A stretch of DNA of 64,000 bases, from the NCBI RefSeq assembly GCF_018350175.1, contig NC_058368.1, positions 178,624,001 to 178,688,000 on the forward strand. Direction: 5' to 3'. The notes under the pieces are model-generated. The model was not told the DNA's origin. It saw only the letters and a list, made by a program, of their open reading frames with translations, and ran no database searches. This document shows positions 1-12,924 of the stretch, piece after piece; positions within the stretch are counted from its first letter, which is position 1, and each line of letters starts with the position of its first letter. Origin of the DNA: Felis catus. Lineage: Eukaryota. Both the position numbers and the translations under genes were made by a program.

Positions 1-149
1 CTTACATCCTCACGTTGGCCAGTCAGTGGTCAGCCCCCAGCTCTCTGGTGGCCCCCAGGAAGTCCTGCATTCTGCATACCACTCTGAACATGTGTCTTAG
101 TACATCCCTGAGAGGGAGGAGAAGCCAATGCATGGGGGATGTTAAAATT

Positions 150-357
150 TAAATTAAAAAAAATTAACATTCATTCATTTTTGAGAGACAGAGCACAGGG
201 GAGGGAGGGGCAGAGAGAGAGGTAGACACAGAATCCGAAGCAGGCTCCGGGCTCTGAGCTGTCAGCACAGAGCCCAATGCGGGGCTCAAACCCACACACC
301 GCGACGTCATGACCTGAGCCAAAGTCGAGGCTTAACCAACTGAGCCACCCAGGCGCC
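150..357 (-). mobile_element. Can-SINE (SINEC_Fc-like)
   Basis: Reverse-complement tRNA-derived head (..gagccacccaggcgcc), (GA)n tract and T-rich tail; TSD gggatgttaaaatt at 136-149 and 361-374. Confidence 0.9.
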
Positions 358-420
358 TATGGGATGTTAAAATTAAAAAAGAGAGAGAAGTTAAGAAGCT
401 TGACCAAAAGCCTGATTGTC

Positions 421-973
421 AAGCTGGTGCAACCACTCTGGAAAGCAGTATGGAATTTCCTCAAAAAGATGTTTATAGTAGCATTATCAACAATAGCCAA
501 ACTATGGAAAGAGCCCAAATGTCCACTGAGTGATGAATCGATAAAGAATTTGTGGTATATATATGCAATGGAATATTAGCCATGAGAAGGAATGAAATAT
601 TGCCCTTTACAACTATGTGGATGAGAGCTAGAGTGTATTATGCTAAGCAAAGTAAGTCAGAGAAAGACAAATATCATGATTTCACTCATATGTGGAATTT
701 AAGAAACAAAACAGATGAACATAGGGGAAAGGACCAAAGAAAGAGGGAAGCAAACCATAAGAGGCTTTTAATGGTAGAGAACAAACTGAGGGTTGATGGA
801 GGGAGGCAGGTGGGGGATGGGCTAACTAGGTGATGGGTATTAAGGAGCGCACTTGTCCTGTTGAGCACCAGGTGTTGTATGTAAGGGATGAATCACTAAA
901 TTCTACTTCTGAAAACATTATTACACTGTATGTTAACTAACTAGAATTTAAATAAAAACTTGCAAAGAAAAAA
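421..973 (+). mobile_element. 5'-truncated carnivore LINE-1 3' end (ORF2 C-terminus remnant + 3'UTR + polyA)
   Basis: L1 ORF2 end motifs (LVQPLWKAVW, MFIVALSTIAKLWKEPKCP, WYIYAMEY), AATAAA and polyA; 15-bp TSD aaaagcctgattgtc at 406-420 and 974-988. Confidence 0.9.
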
Positions 974-2461
974 AAAAGCCTGATTGTCTCAGGACTCTGG
1001 GCAAACTCCGGCCCCAACCCTGCTGCCAGGTCTACTGAGGGGCCTGGGTCCAAGAGCTGGAGCAGATGAGCCCAATAAACACATTGCTAAATGCCCCAGG
1101 CCCTGTGCCACTGGGCTCAAAGGGGAGCGTGCCCAATGCTTACCCATAGGCGGCAAACAACCTGCCAGGCTCCCAGCCCAGAGCAGAAGAAGCAAAAACC
1201 TCCAAGAGCCAGCCAGACCCCAGCTAATTATTATTTATTTTCACACAAATTATTCACATTGGGTTTATTATTCATATAGGGCGTGTCAAGCAGTGAGCCA
1301 AGCACCTGACACGCATCATCTCATTCAGTGCTCACCACCCCTGAAAGGTGGCTCTTATTAGTATAATGATTCCTATTTTACAGAGAAGGAAACTGAGGCT
1401 CAGTGAGCCTAAGTGTGTGCCCCAAATCAGACGGCTGTTAAGTGGATGAACCAAGATGCAAATCCAGCCTGACTCAGAGCCTCCACCGTAACCACCCGGT
1501 TCTCTAGCCTCAGAATGCCAGTGGATGCCCTTCTCTGTCTCAGCATTCATCCCATGGAAAGTGTGCTCACCTCTTTTCTGTTTCCAGTATCGGCACCCTG
1601 CCTCTCCTCCTCCCTCCAGGGCACCTTCTTCTCTTACCCTTCCCCCCCTCCTCCCCTCCAGCATGGGCCAGCGGGTCCCTTAAAGGGATCAGATGTGGGA
1701 AGAGAGAAATTTGCAGGGAGAAAATCGATCACAGATATCACAGGGCAAGGTTCCAGTCTCAGCTCCATCACCCACAAGCTAAAATTCCCTCAACATCCCA
1801 GGGCCTCGGCTTTCTCACCTATAAAATGGGGACGCTGGTACTTCCTAAATCACAGGACTGATGTGAAGATTAGTCGAGGTGCTAGCAAGGCAGAGGCCCA
1901 GAGTCAGTTCTTCACAAATATGAGTTCCTTTCTCCTTTCCCTTCTCTGTTCCCTCAGGAAAGCCTCTTTATTGAATCCTACCGCTAACCCTGATGAGAGA
2001 GGCTTTTGGTGGTATCAGGGCACAAATTCCTTCTCCAGGCTGGCTTCTCACAGCTCCTGCATATGGAAACTGAGAGGGACCCTGAAGTCTGGGGTAAGAG
2101 CCTAGGCACGAGGTCACAGCGTGGCCAAATTTGGCTCACGAAACGAGTGGTTTGGCTTCACAGTTTAGCTCTCACGGTGCGTGGTTGTTTGTTTGCTTCC
2201 TTTAAAGTTATTCGTCGATATTTCGAACTCAGGAAATTTCACCTAAAATCCAGAGTTGGGGATTCCCTTTGAAAACGTAGATGCAGCAACACCAGGCCCA
2301 CAGGTTTTTACGCAACATCTGGAAGCTGGGCTTTGGGTAGGTGGGGGAGGTGTACCCTTCACTCAGCTGAAGGCCCACGACTCCCTGTTTCACACCTCCC
2401 TCTCCTCACCTGGCCCAAGGCCCCTCCTGTGGGTTGTAACCTGCCCGTGTCTTCGTTTCAG

Positions 2462-2508
2462 AACCTGACAGAAAATGACATCCAGAAGTTCCCTAAGCTC
2501 CGGGTGCC
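2462..2508 (+). CDS. LCP2: LCP2/SLP-76 exon 3 (SAM domain, NLTENDIQKFPKLRVP); exons 1-2 lie upstream of the window
   Basis: ttcag| acceptor, |gtaagt donor; 47 nt; peptide matches SLP-76 N-terminal SAM region as recalled. Confidence 0.95.
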
Positions 2509-3469
2509 GTAAGTACTCCCCCCGATTCCTTGAGTGTTTTGGGGAACCGAGGCTGGAATGGGACGTAGCCCAGGGATAGCTGAGTCAGTTAATCTGTCAC
2601 GGTTGGTTTGAACTAGGAAAGTGAACAGGAAGGCTATAGAGGCAAGTGCGGGGCACGGGAGAGAGAAGTGATACCTGATAAGTTGAAAGAAAAAAGAAAG
2701 TAACAGATCCAGCCCAGTTGGTGTGTTGGCAGCTCTTGCCAAAGCCAAGCCTGACTGTGAGCCACGTCTGCATTTCCTCTCTCCCTGTGGGGTGGCTTGG
2801 GCACCGGCATCACGAGATCCGTTCCACGAGGGCGTCATCATCAGATCAGTGATTGCTTAAGCTTTCTGGACCACAGTCTCCAGCTCTTGGCTGTGAGAGA
2901 GTTGGACCCGATGAAGAGCGGCAACGGACATCATTCTGTCTGTCGCTACCTGTTGCTTGGGAATGGCTGCCGGGGCCACTGTGCTGAGAAGAATCCTGAG
3001 GAAGGGAGAGCGTGACGCGTTGCTGAGGTCGGGGGTGGGTGCGGACGGGAGAAGATGCATCACGCACTTTGCGTCGTGTGTTTTCATCCCTCTAGCAAGG
3101 GTCTTCCGGACTCAAAAGCTTACCCGAGCCAGGCAGGTGATATAAGTGTGTAAAATGGGCCGTCTTGAGCCATACAAAGTCCTATCAATTTCTCCTTCAT
3201 TTTACCACCTTTGAATAGAATATGGGTATGAAGAAATATTTCTCCACTATCACAAACATAATAGCACAATTATGGTGTCAAAAGAGGTCATCAACACTAA
3301 GCCGTGTTGTCGGTGAAGAATTAGGGAGTGGTGGAGATTGTGGAAAATTGGAATATTTTCCCTCCCGAGAGAGCTGCAGCCACTCCGTGCCAGTCCGTAT
3401 GGACCTGATGATGTCCCATCTTTGAACTTATCAAAAGGCACTAGAAATCTCCGTTTTATGTAATATATT

Positions 3470-3592
3470 CTTAGTATACATAATAAACATATGTAATAAA
3501 ATATATTTATGCAATATATTTATACAATATATATAGTATATATTTATACAATATGTATTTTGTATATATTTATACAATATGTATTTTATGCA

Positions 3593-3625
<33 letters not shown>

Positions 3626-3645
3626 TATACACACACACACACACC
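3470..3645. repeat. AT-rich (TA)n/(CA)n microsatellite
   Basis: Degenerate TA repeats ending in pure (TA)n then (CA)n. Confidence 0.9.
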
Positions 3646-6600
3646 TGGTCCTTGAGAGCAGTTGGGTTTGCATCTCCTTGTCCCCACGCAACACTAATAC
3701 TTCACTCATTTAATGAACTGCTACTAGACGCCGATTTAATGTCAGACCCTTGTTAATTACTCAGGCTATAGATACATAAGGGACAGAATCCCCACTGCAG
3801 GACACTCACATTCTAGTGGGAGGGTCAGATATACAAAGCAATCATACCATGATTGATTAACGGTGCTGGGGCACATGCATGGGCACGTTCACCAGGAGTA
3901 GGAGGGCAGGAGACGTTTTCCCCTTGGCTTTTGGGGAAGACTTTGGGAAGGCAGGAAAGCTAAGTTGGGTCTTGACATATACCAGGAATGGTCAGATAAA
4001 GAATGGGTTGAAGGACGTTCTAGGAATGGGGACTATATTGCAAAGGCACAGGCACCAGGGAGTTTAATGAATCTACAAGTGGGCCAGAGCAACTGGGGCA
4101 TGCACATGGGGCGCACAAAACAAAGAGGCTGCAGTGACTAGTCACAGTTTAGAAGGGTCCTGTGAGCTATCCTAAGGAGCCTAGGAGGGGTGTGGAGGCG
4201 AGTGCAATAGGGAGAACGCGAAGGTAAAGCTGGTGTCTTGGCTTTCTCTAGCCAGTGTGAAAGATGGAGGGCCCAGCCTGTGGCATGACAGCCAGCTAGG
4301 GGGTGATGGACATGACCCTGCTAACGAGATAGGAGCCTCAGCGAGGTCTGTGGCCCCTGAAGACGCAGGGATCAGGCCAGAGGGGATTTAATCAGAGCAG
4401 TGGAAGGAAAGAGATAAGGAAGGCCCTTTCAGCTTGGAAGATCCTTTTTTATCTTAAGGCTGAGCTCAGTGGATGTCTGGAGCTATGCCTGAGTGCCTGG
4501 AGAAGGAGGCGGGGTGAGAAGTGGTTTTTGGTTAGTGTGCAAGGCGGATTGTAAACACACACTGCAGGTGCGGTAGGGCTGGGGTATTTCTTTAGCTATT
4601 TGAAAACTGAAACAAAATCCCTCTCCAACGTGTGCATGTGTGCCCCAGACAAGCTATGGACCTGCCCGTGGAACACGAAGGTGAATGGGGAGTAGTGAGG
4701 GAGGCATCTAGGGAAGGTCCCTGCTGCCCTGATGTGGTGATTCTAAGCGTGACTGTCCCTCTTGGCAGATGTGTATAAGAAGCACCAATCCCAGTTCTAC
4801 TTCTAATGAGCTCTGTGCCTGGGAAGAGTCCCTAGTCTACTCTCACTTTCCCAGTCTCTAAAATAAAGGAATGTGACCGTGCGACTCACTCTTTTAAAGG
4901 TTATAATTTTAGGTATGAACAGGCAGACAGAAGAGCTTAGTGAGTAAAATACAGGCTCTGAGGTCTGACTACTTGAGACCCAATTCTTCCATTCACCAGC
5001 TGTGAGTCTGTGGACAAGTTATCTGAGTTCCCTGAGCCTCAGCTTCCTCATCTGTAAAATGGGGATAATAATAAAGCCTACCTCAAAGAGTTAGTGGGAA
5101 GGTTAGAGGAAATAATAATATGCCCTGAAGAAGCGTTAGCTATTCCTGTTATTTTATGAAAATCCCAATGAGTACCATTCTGTTTTTACTAATCATTCTA
5201 TCCTACGAAAGGGGGAGGATTAGAGACTAGAAAGGCATGGACTTTGGAGCAAGGGAGAGCCACGTTCTAAAGTGGGCTCTGCCTCCCACCAGCCATAGGA
5301 CCTGGGGGAAATCCCATCAACCCTCTGTGCCTGTCTCATCTGTAGAAGGGAAACGAACTAACTCTCAGGCACTGCTGGGTTATAAAGGAGGCAGCCCATG
5401 TAAGCTGCCTGGTGGTGCCCTGGATGCATATAGATATTCAATGCTGATTTGTTTCATTCCCTTGTACATAGGTTCATTTGCCATAATCATTACCCTGAAG
5501 GGCTATGGGAAAGAAATTGTGTTTATGTACAGCAGACCAAAACAAGATTATGCTCCTCTGAATATCTTGATTTTCTTCTCCCATGCTTAAAAAAAAAAAA
5601 GAAAAAAGAAAACTCTATTAAATGGATTTGTAAGAAGGCAGATTCTGGTGAGGAAGGCTTTGTCTGCAAATACAGTATCAGCTACACTCTTGGACAGTTT
5701 CTCCCAGAGACACCCTGGATGCTGTAATGGAGGAGAGTTTTAAATAAAACAACAAAGCTTCCCTTATAGGGATGGGCTTAAGACTCATGGCATAGCTGAG
5801 CATTATCTGGTTGAATCAGTAGAAGACAGGTTAAAATCTGATGATGCCTGTTTGGAGTTTATTCTTAAAATTTTATGAATTTTATATTTAAATCCATAAT
5901 ATAAACTAAAAGATAAGGAGAAGGGAGTGATGGGGTCACGGTGTATGCAACAGATAGGTGTTGGATGAGTCTCTTTATATCATGAGTTCCCACTGTACCC
6001 ATTACCGATAGTGGAATTAGGCTGGGAAAAAGCTGAGATCCCATCAGAGGGGTGATGCGGTAATACCTGTTTATTCGCCCACCCTCCTGATGAAGCTGTC
6101 GGTCTCCTCATAGCAGAGACAGCATACCTAAGATACAGCGGACAGGGAAAGAGGACGGAGGCAAGCCGGAGGGAGGGACCCAGCGGTAAATAGGCCTTCT
6201 TGTGCTCCTTAAAGAATGTGACCAAGCCTCAGCAGAATTGCCAGGATGACAGGCTGTCTGCCCTTCTCCTTCTCTCTCACATTCATTGGCTCCTCCCTGA
6301 CCAGGTAGGCAGTCCTCCCCACATGAGAAGGGCCTCCTCTCAACTGACGTCACTCCTTCTCCCCGAAAGCAAGTACAGAAACTTGACTTCCTAGATCAGC
6401 CCCACAGTAAAACTGCTCACGTGGCCCTTGACAAGTGCCTCTCTCAGCGCCTCACTTTCTTGGATGGTAAAAATGGGAAGAATTTAATTTGCCTACCACA
6501 AAATAATTGTGAAGCCCGAGTAAAATACTACATGTAAAATTATCGGGGGGTCCAAGGCTGAGAAGCGGGGAGACCACGCCAGGCCCTCCAACTTTTGCTT

Positions 6601-6779
6601 CCCACCCACACGTGATTCTCTCCTGAGACCCGAGATGGTGGCAAAAGGCACCTTCCTGAGTCCCAGGACCCACACCTGGCTTTTCAAGTTACGAGGACAG
6701 ACCTTCCAGAGGTTTGGCTCTTGGTTCAAGGAGGAAGACCCTTAGAAGTGGGACATCCTTTAAAGAAGGATGAAAAGCA

Positions 6780-6992
6780 GGGGTGCCTGTGTGGCTCAGT
6801 CGGTTAAGCACCAGCTTCAGCTCAGGTCATGATCTCGCGGTCCACGAGTTCAAGCCCCACGTCGGGCTCTGTGCTGACAGCTCAGAGCCTGGAGCCTGCT
6901 TTGGATTCTGTGTCTCCCTCTCTCTCTGCCCCTCCCCCACTCACAGTCTGTCTTTCTCTCAAAAAATAAATAAACATTAAAAAAAAGTTTAA
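6780..6992 (+). mobile_element. Can-SINE
   Basis: ggggtgcctgtgtggctcagtcgg head, CT tract, A tail; TSD aaagaaggatgaaaa at 6762-6776 and 6993-7007. Confidence 0.9.
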
Positions 6993-7413
6993 AAAGAAGG
7001 ATGAAAAACAGAGCAAGAGCCAGAGGGAGAGTGTGAATGTGCACTGGGTGCCCTGGGGGAGGGGCTGACACGGGGACAGAGGACAGGCAGGCAGTGACAT
7101 AGGCGGAGAGCTGGAGATGAGGCCGTAGGAGAGGACAGAGCTGAGCAAAAAGGCTTCTCCTGTTCTGGGCCTGGGAATGTGTTCTACTGGGAGGCACCAG
7201 TGTGCCCTCTGGAATCAGAGTCGAGGGAGCAAGGCTTCCATTGTGGGAGGGCCTGGAAGAGAGAGAGAAAGCTCTCTCAAGTTCTTCCTGGGGGAGCTGA
7301 GGCAAACAAATGCATTTGTATTATAAGCCTGTGAACGCCACAGGAGCACCTGCCACAATATAGGACACACAGAGGGACTGTTCCTGGACGGACGTCTCCT
7401 CTTCCTGTGTTCT

Positions 7414-7631
7414 TTTTTTTTTTTTTTTTCAACGTTTATTTATTTTTGGGACAGAGAGAGACAGAGCATGAACGGGGGAGGGGCAGAGAGAGAGGGAGAC
7501 ACAGAATCCGAAACAGGCTCCAGGCTCCGAGCCATCAGCCCAGAGCCTGACGCGGGGCTCGAACCCACGGACTGCGAGATCGTGACCTGGCTGAAGTCGG
7601 ACGCTTAACCGACTGCGCCACCCAGGCGCCC
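7414..7631 (-). mobile_element. Very young Can-SINE (SINEC_Fc)
   Basis: CpG-rich body, pure polyT tail, perfect 18-bp TSD ctcctcttcctgtgttct at 7396-7413 and 7632-7649. Confidence 0.95.
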
Positions 7632-7821
7632 CTCCTCTTCCTGTGTTCTATGGGATCTGGTACTTTCTATCCTACTCCGCTTCCTCCTTCACTGCCCTTT
7701 CTGCCTGCCTTTCTTTTTATACTGTCCTTCTTACTTCTCTGTGACCAGCAAAGTAGATTTCAAAACCTGGAGTGGGCCTCCACTTACCCTTGATAAAGCA
7801 CAAGGGACCATTGAAAGGGAG

Positions 7822-8415
7822 CCCATCTCCTCCCTCACCTCCTCCTCGTCCCCCACCTCCTCCTCCCCTACCTCCTCCTCCACATTCTCCACCTTCTCCT
7901 CCTCTTCCGTCTCTTCCTCTATCTCCTCCTTATCTAGCTTCTCCTCCACCTTCTCCTCCTCCACATCCTCCTCTCTCATCTCTTCTCCTCCCATCGCCTC
8001 CTCCTCCTCATTCACCTCCCCCTTCCCCGTCTTCCCCTCCCCCACCTCCCCCTTCCCCGTCTTCCCCTCCCCCACCTCCCCCTTCCCCATCTTTCCCTCC
8101 CCCACCTCCCCCTTCCCCATCTTCCCGTCACCCATCTCCTCCTCCCCTGTCTCCTCTCCCTCCATCTCCTCCTCCTCATCCTCCACCTTTTCCTCCCCCT
8201 TCCCCTCTCCCTCCATCTCCTCCTCCTCCTCCTCCCCCATCTCCTCCTCCTCCAGCTCCTCTCCCTCCTCCCCTTCCTCTCTCCCTCCATCTCCTCCTCC
8301 CCCATCTCCTCCTCCTCTATCTCCTCCTCCATGTCCTCCTCTTCCTTCTCCTCCTCCAGCTCCTCCTTTCCCTCCTCCTTTCTTCCTTCTCCTCCTCCTT
8401 CTCCTCCTCCTCCTT
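7822..8415. repeat. Polypyrimidine (CCT/CT-rich) low-complexity tract with internal 30-bp tandem repeat
   Basis: About 600 bp dominated by C/T; unit cacctcccccttccccgtcttcccctcccc about 4x at 8012-8125. Confidence 0.95.
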
Positions 8416-10567
8416 AAAATTAAAAACAAAGTTCCAAGAATACAAAGAATAACAAGATTGATTTCACGACCTTTTGAGACTGTAGGAGTCACCCAGGAAA
8501 CTCATTGGTATCGCTGCTCCCAGGCCTCCCCCATGTAGGCTCTGATAGGCTAAGTCTACAGTGAGCTGGTAATCTGTGTTTATAGCAGGTGCACCCATGT
8601 AATTCTGGCAGTCAAGCTGGTCGGGATTCCCTAACCAGGGCTATCCCTCTTATTTTGCTGCTGAGGAACTGGAGCCTAGGGAAGACAAATGCCTTGTCGT
8701 GGTCATCTAGTAGGCACTGCTTATGGGGCAGGACGTTGCAGTCAGACTCGGGACAAAGGCCCACACTCTGTCTTCTAACATCACCAGGAAAAGCCTGTGG
8801 CTGCGAAGTCAAAGACTGGCCCCTATCACACAGCAACCTAGGGCTGCGACTGTGCTGGAAACACCTTGCTACAAGGCTTGACTTCCTGTCAGACGATTCA
8901 GCCCCAATTTAGCAGCCAGTTTATCCCTAAAACAAGGCAAAGCAGAGAGAAACATGTCTACCCGCCACCCAGCCCTGCTGCTGAGTGAGGCCTGGCATTT
9001 GTGGGGAGGAGGAGGAATGAGTCACCTCCGGCCACTCGCTGTCACGTGGTTCTCCGAGGGTGTGAGAGTGGGGGACAACTTTGAAGGTTCACACACAGCT
9101 TCCACGCACCTGCCCTGTCCGTCAGCACTGCCACCTGCCCCCCCGCCCCTCAGTAGTGGTCCCGGCTGGCTTGGAAGGTGCTCTTCGATGCCTGTCAAAA
9201 TAGGAGGACCCTGGGAGCCCATGTTTTGCTGCAAGCCGGCCGGGCGGGCCCTGCTCTGCTCTCTGTCACCTCTTCGCAGTTCTGTCAGGGCCTGCGGTTT
9301 GACATTTCCTTCCTTAGCCAGTTAGAGCCCCAGAAGCCTCTAGCCTGGCTGTTAAAGATACTGGTGAGAAGAGACACCGCAGAGAGCAGGTCTTTCCAGG
9401 ACCAAAGCAGCTGTGTGGGCTGGTCAGAGCCTACCAAGCGCTGCTGGACGGGCACTTTGAGGGGCGGCCTAGTCCCCCCTTCTTCAGATCATTGCTGAAA
9501 TGTCACCTCTGTGGGGAGGCCTGCTCATTTTCACTTGCAACCCCACCCTACCCGTGTATTCCTGCCCCCTCACCCAGCCCCCACCTCCCTTGCATGTGTC
9601 TATACACAATACTTAGAATTTCACTTCCTTAAATGTTCATTGTTTATCCGTCCCTCTCCACTAGCACGTAAGCTCCGTGAGATCATGGGCCTTTGCTTTA
9701 TTCAGTGAGGCTTCTTGAGCTCTCAGCAGAGGTGCTGGCACTCTGAAGGCCCTCAGTGCGTATTGTTGAATGAAGGCGTGCCTGCGTGGGAGTGGCTGCT
9801 GTGGCCACCACTGCCGGACCCGGCCAGGAGGCAGGGTACCAGCAAGCCTCCCCCTGTGGCTCTGTGGGAGCCGTCCGTCCCACCTGTCCGACGAGGGTGG
9901 AGAGGGACTCCCATCAGCTTCTCAAAATAATCGGGTAGAGGAAACAAAAGAAGAGTGTCACAAGTGCTCCGGTGGCGTGGCGTAATCAGGAGGCCACTGT
10001 GAAGTCCCCGCCCCTGCTTTAAAGCATCTCCCCAGTCCGGGCAGTGTGAAATCCCAACAGTGACATTACAGTGGAGGACGGAACGTTGCCCTCTCTCCTT
10101 CTCCATCCTCTTAAGTCCCCAGTGTGTTTATAAAATTTATCCTGTCATTCTAATGAGGGAGAAGGGCTGAGAGCAGCAGTGTCCTGGGACCACAGAGAAG
10201 CAGGGGTTGGGGAGACTGGGGGCGTGATGAGGGAAGCAGGCCGTAGTGGATGCTAAGGACCACCTTTGCCAACTTAGCTATTTTGTTTTAGGCCAAACTA
10301 GTTACCTTGAGATGGTCACTTAACAGAAGGAATGTAGATACGGGCTCATTCTCGGATGGGCCACAGGCTCAATCGTGTCGGCTCCTGGGAAGCTTGTAGC
10401 ATAATGAAAATTAACACAAGGTTGTGGGATGTTAAAAATATGCTGCCCTGGTAATTAGGGAGCCTGGCTTCTGGGGCAGATGTGTTTTCTGGGAGGGGGT
10501 GGCTTTATCACTAACCCACTCCTTTGGCCAATCCCTTCCTTTGTCTGAGCCTCTGTGGCCTCATCTA

Positions 10568-10773
10568 TAAATTTATTTATTTATTTTTGAGAGAGAGAGA
10601 GACAGAGCATGAGCAGGGGAGGGGCAGAGAGAGAAGAAGATACAGAATCTGAAGCAGGCTCCAGGCTCTGGGCTGTCAGCACAGAGCGCGACGCGGGGCT
10701 CAAACTCACAGGCCACGAGATCATGACCCGAGCCAAAGTCAGACGCTCAACTGACTGAGCCACTCAGGTGCCC
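10568..10773 (-). mobile_element. Can-SINE inserted into a MIR-like fragment
   Basis: TSD ctgtggcctcatcta at 10553-10567 and 10774-10788. Confidence 0.9.
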
Positions 10774-11721
10774 CTGTGGCCTCATCTAAAAAATGACATG
10801 AATTAGATCATCTCTGAGGCTCCTCCCAGTTGTCCCCAAATCTCTCAGAAATACTGAGCCTGTTTACTAATGAGGGCTTTCTTGGTCTCAGTGGTGGGTG
10901 CAAAGACAGGCTGGAGTCTCCTGTACTGGAGATTTGAGAGACCCCCACGGACTGGACACTTACTGCTAGGGTGTGCTGGAGGTGCAGTCCTGTTCGTGAA
11001 AGCCCTCTCTGTTCTGGAGTTTGAGGATTTGCTAGCTCCCAACCCCCAAGGACTAAGAGTATCTGGCCGAGGTTGGTCTCGGGACATGGATGAATCAAGG
11101 AGTCTCCCACTTTGCAAGATGTGCCCTGACTGGAAATGCTTCTCCAAATTTTATGAAAATCCATGTCACTGAGGAGTCAGAGAGGGGAGAATAAAAGGAG
11201 ATACAGGCCAAAGAACAGCTCACCAGGGCTCCCGTCAAGCTCTGTGACAAGCAGCTGGTTTCTCCAGGTATCAGATGGTTCGAGGGTTCCTGGAGGCCTG
11301 CCATCACCACAAGGACAGTAAACCAAGTGTCAGGGGACCTCAGCCCCAGGAGCAGTAAGACAAGAACGTACACGGTAGTCATGTCCAGGTGGCAAGGCTA
11401 CAGGATTTCAGAGAAGGGGAGCCAGGTGAGAGCTGACTAGTCTTCACAGAGGGTCTTTGAGCCTCACTGAGGAGGTGAGCCAGCACAGAGGGCCTCGGGC
11501 ACAGGAGCAGCGACTGCAAGGGGATGAAGTTGGCAAGTTCTGGGAGGAAGTGAGGAGCAGAGGCCCCTGCAGAGGGGACTGGCTGTAGGCCAGAGGAGGC
11601 TGGTCACGCTTGGCCAGGATGTCCGAGATTACGCAGATAAGGGAACTCCAAGACTCATGGGAAGGTTTGGCTGGAGGGACAGAGGATGATTTAGTCACCT
11701 TATCTGTCATTCATCTCCTAG

Positions 11722-11787
11722 GATTCTCAGTAAGTTAAGTCAAGAAATCAACAAGAATGAAGAAAGAAGGAGCATTTTCACACGCAA
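11722..11787 (+). CDS. LCP2: LCP2 exon 4 (ILSKLSQEINKNEERRSIFTRK)
   Basis: cctag| ... |gtgagt; 66 nt, phase 2-2, in frame with exon 3. Confidence 0.95.
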
Positions 11788-12243
11788 GTGAGTGGGGAAG
11801 CCAAGGGCCCAGTGTCACTGTGACGAAACCCAAAGAATTTCCAAACCCAAGCTGAACCTTAAATGGAAGGCACAGGACTGTTTTTGCCCGAATTTTTGAT
11901 ATGTGACACTCCTTCAGTCCCAGGGGCTTGAAGCTGGTGCCCAGGAAGGGATGGAGAGTTTCCTTACTCTGACTTACATCTTGCCCCTGGGTCTGGGACT
12001 TCAGGGAAACTTCCCCTGGAAAGTCAGACAGTCCCAAGCCTCCAGTTGCACCACCAATGTGACTTTGATCGTTTCCAGAATTTTCGGGCAGCCTGGCCCA
12101 GGTAGCTAAGCAACAAGGACACCAGTCTTGGGTGGGGAGACATACCCCCTGCTGGGAGCTGCTCTTGTAGGGCTGGACTGAGGGAAGAGGGAAATGCCCC
12201 TACATCAGCAGCACCATTAACGCAATGCCATTTGCCTTTGCAG

Positions 12244-12275
12244 ACCCCAAGTCCAGCGGTTTCCTGAAGAGACAG
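12244..12275 (+). CDS. LCP2: LCP2 exon 5 (PQVQRFPEET)
   Basis: tgcag| ... |gtaaag; 32 nt, frame continuous. Confidence 0.93.
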
Positions 12276-12886
12276 GTAAAGGTGTCAGGGCTAAGAGTGA
12301 TGCGTTGGGAGGTGACAGATACTTCCCTTCTGTCTGCTGGTCTTACTCATTTGCCTGCCAGGCAGTTCTCACTCAGAGAGAGGTTTGGGTCCAAATGGAG
12401 AGCAGGAGAGATCTTACTATGCCAGGGACCTGGGTTTTGGCCCCTGCTGAGCTGGGACCCTCTGCAGATCTAAAATGAAGAACTCTGTGGCGAGGCATAG
12501 GAGGACCCAGGTTCTGACTGAGCACCTGAGCGAAGCCAGTGCCCCTGCTTCTGGGTCTTTAAAGCAGTTTTCAACTGTTAAATTGTACCGTGTTACAGGG
12601 CAGATCCCTGGGCCCCACCCAGCCCTGCTGAATCAGAGGCTTTAGGGATGGGTCCCCAGTGACTGTTACGTAGTGAAAGGTTGAGAACAACTTCTTCCCT
12701 CTGGTAGAATGAACTGCTCAGGTAGAAACTCTAGAGCTGATTCTAAACTAACCCCCAGGTACATCGAAGGTAGGATGGAAGCCTGGGATGGACAGGGGGA
12801 TGAGAACACATCAGATGGGGTGCTGCTCTGACTATTTTGCTAAAGGCTTCCTTTGGTACTGATGATGGTGTTATCTCCTTTCACAG

Positions 12887-12924
12887 AAAACCATGAAGAA
12901 GACAACGGGGGCTGGTCATCCTTT
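12887..12924 (+). CDS. LCP2: LCP2 exon 6 (ENHEEDNGGWSSF)
   Basis: cacag| ... |gtgagt; 38 nt. Confidence 0.95.

Noticed and set aside
38..56. CTCF-like GGCCACCAGAGAGCTG (also weak matches near 13040 and 15010)
   Set aside because: Mismatches at core GGC positions; expected by chance in 64 kb.
364..833. ORFs with L1 ORF2-like peptides
   Set aside because: Fragment of a truncated, frameshifted L1; not a functional gene.
1515..2105. 196-aa ORF and other 100-175 aa intronic/intergenic ORFs (e.g. 18813-19340, 36472-36933, 54174-54623)
   Set aside because: No recognisable domains, several overlap MIR/L2 remnants or start at non-ATG codons; consistent with chance ORFs.
7731..8538. Long Glu-rich, Ser-rich and Pro-rich ORFs (226-265 aa)
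   Set aside because: Stop-free only because of the C/T low-complexity tract; no splice or homology support.
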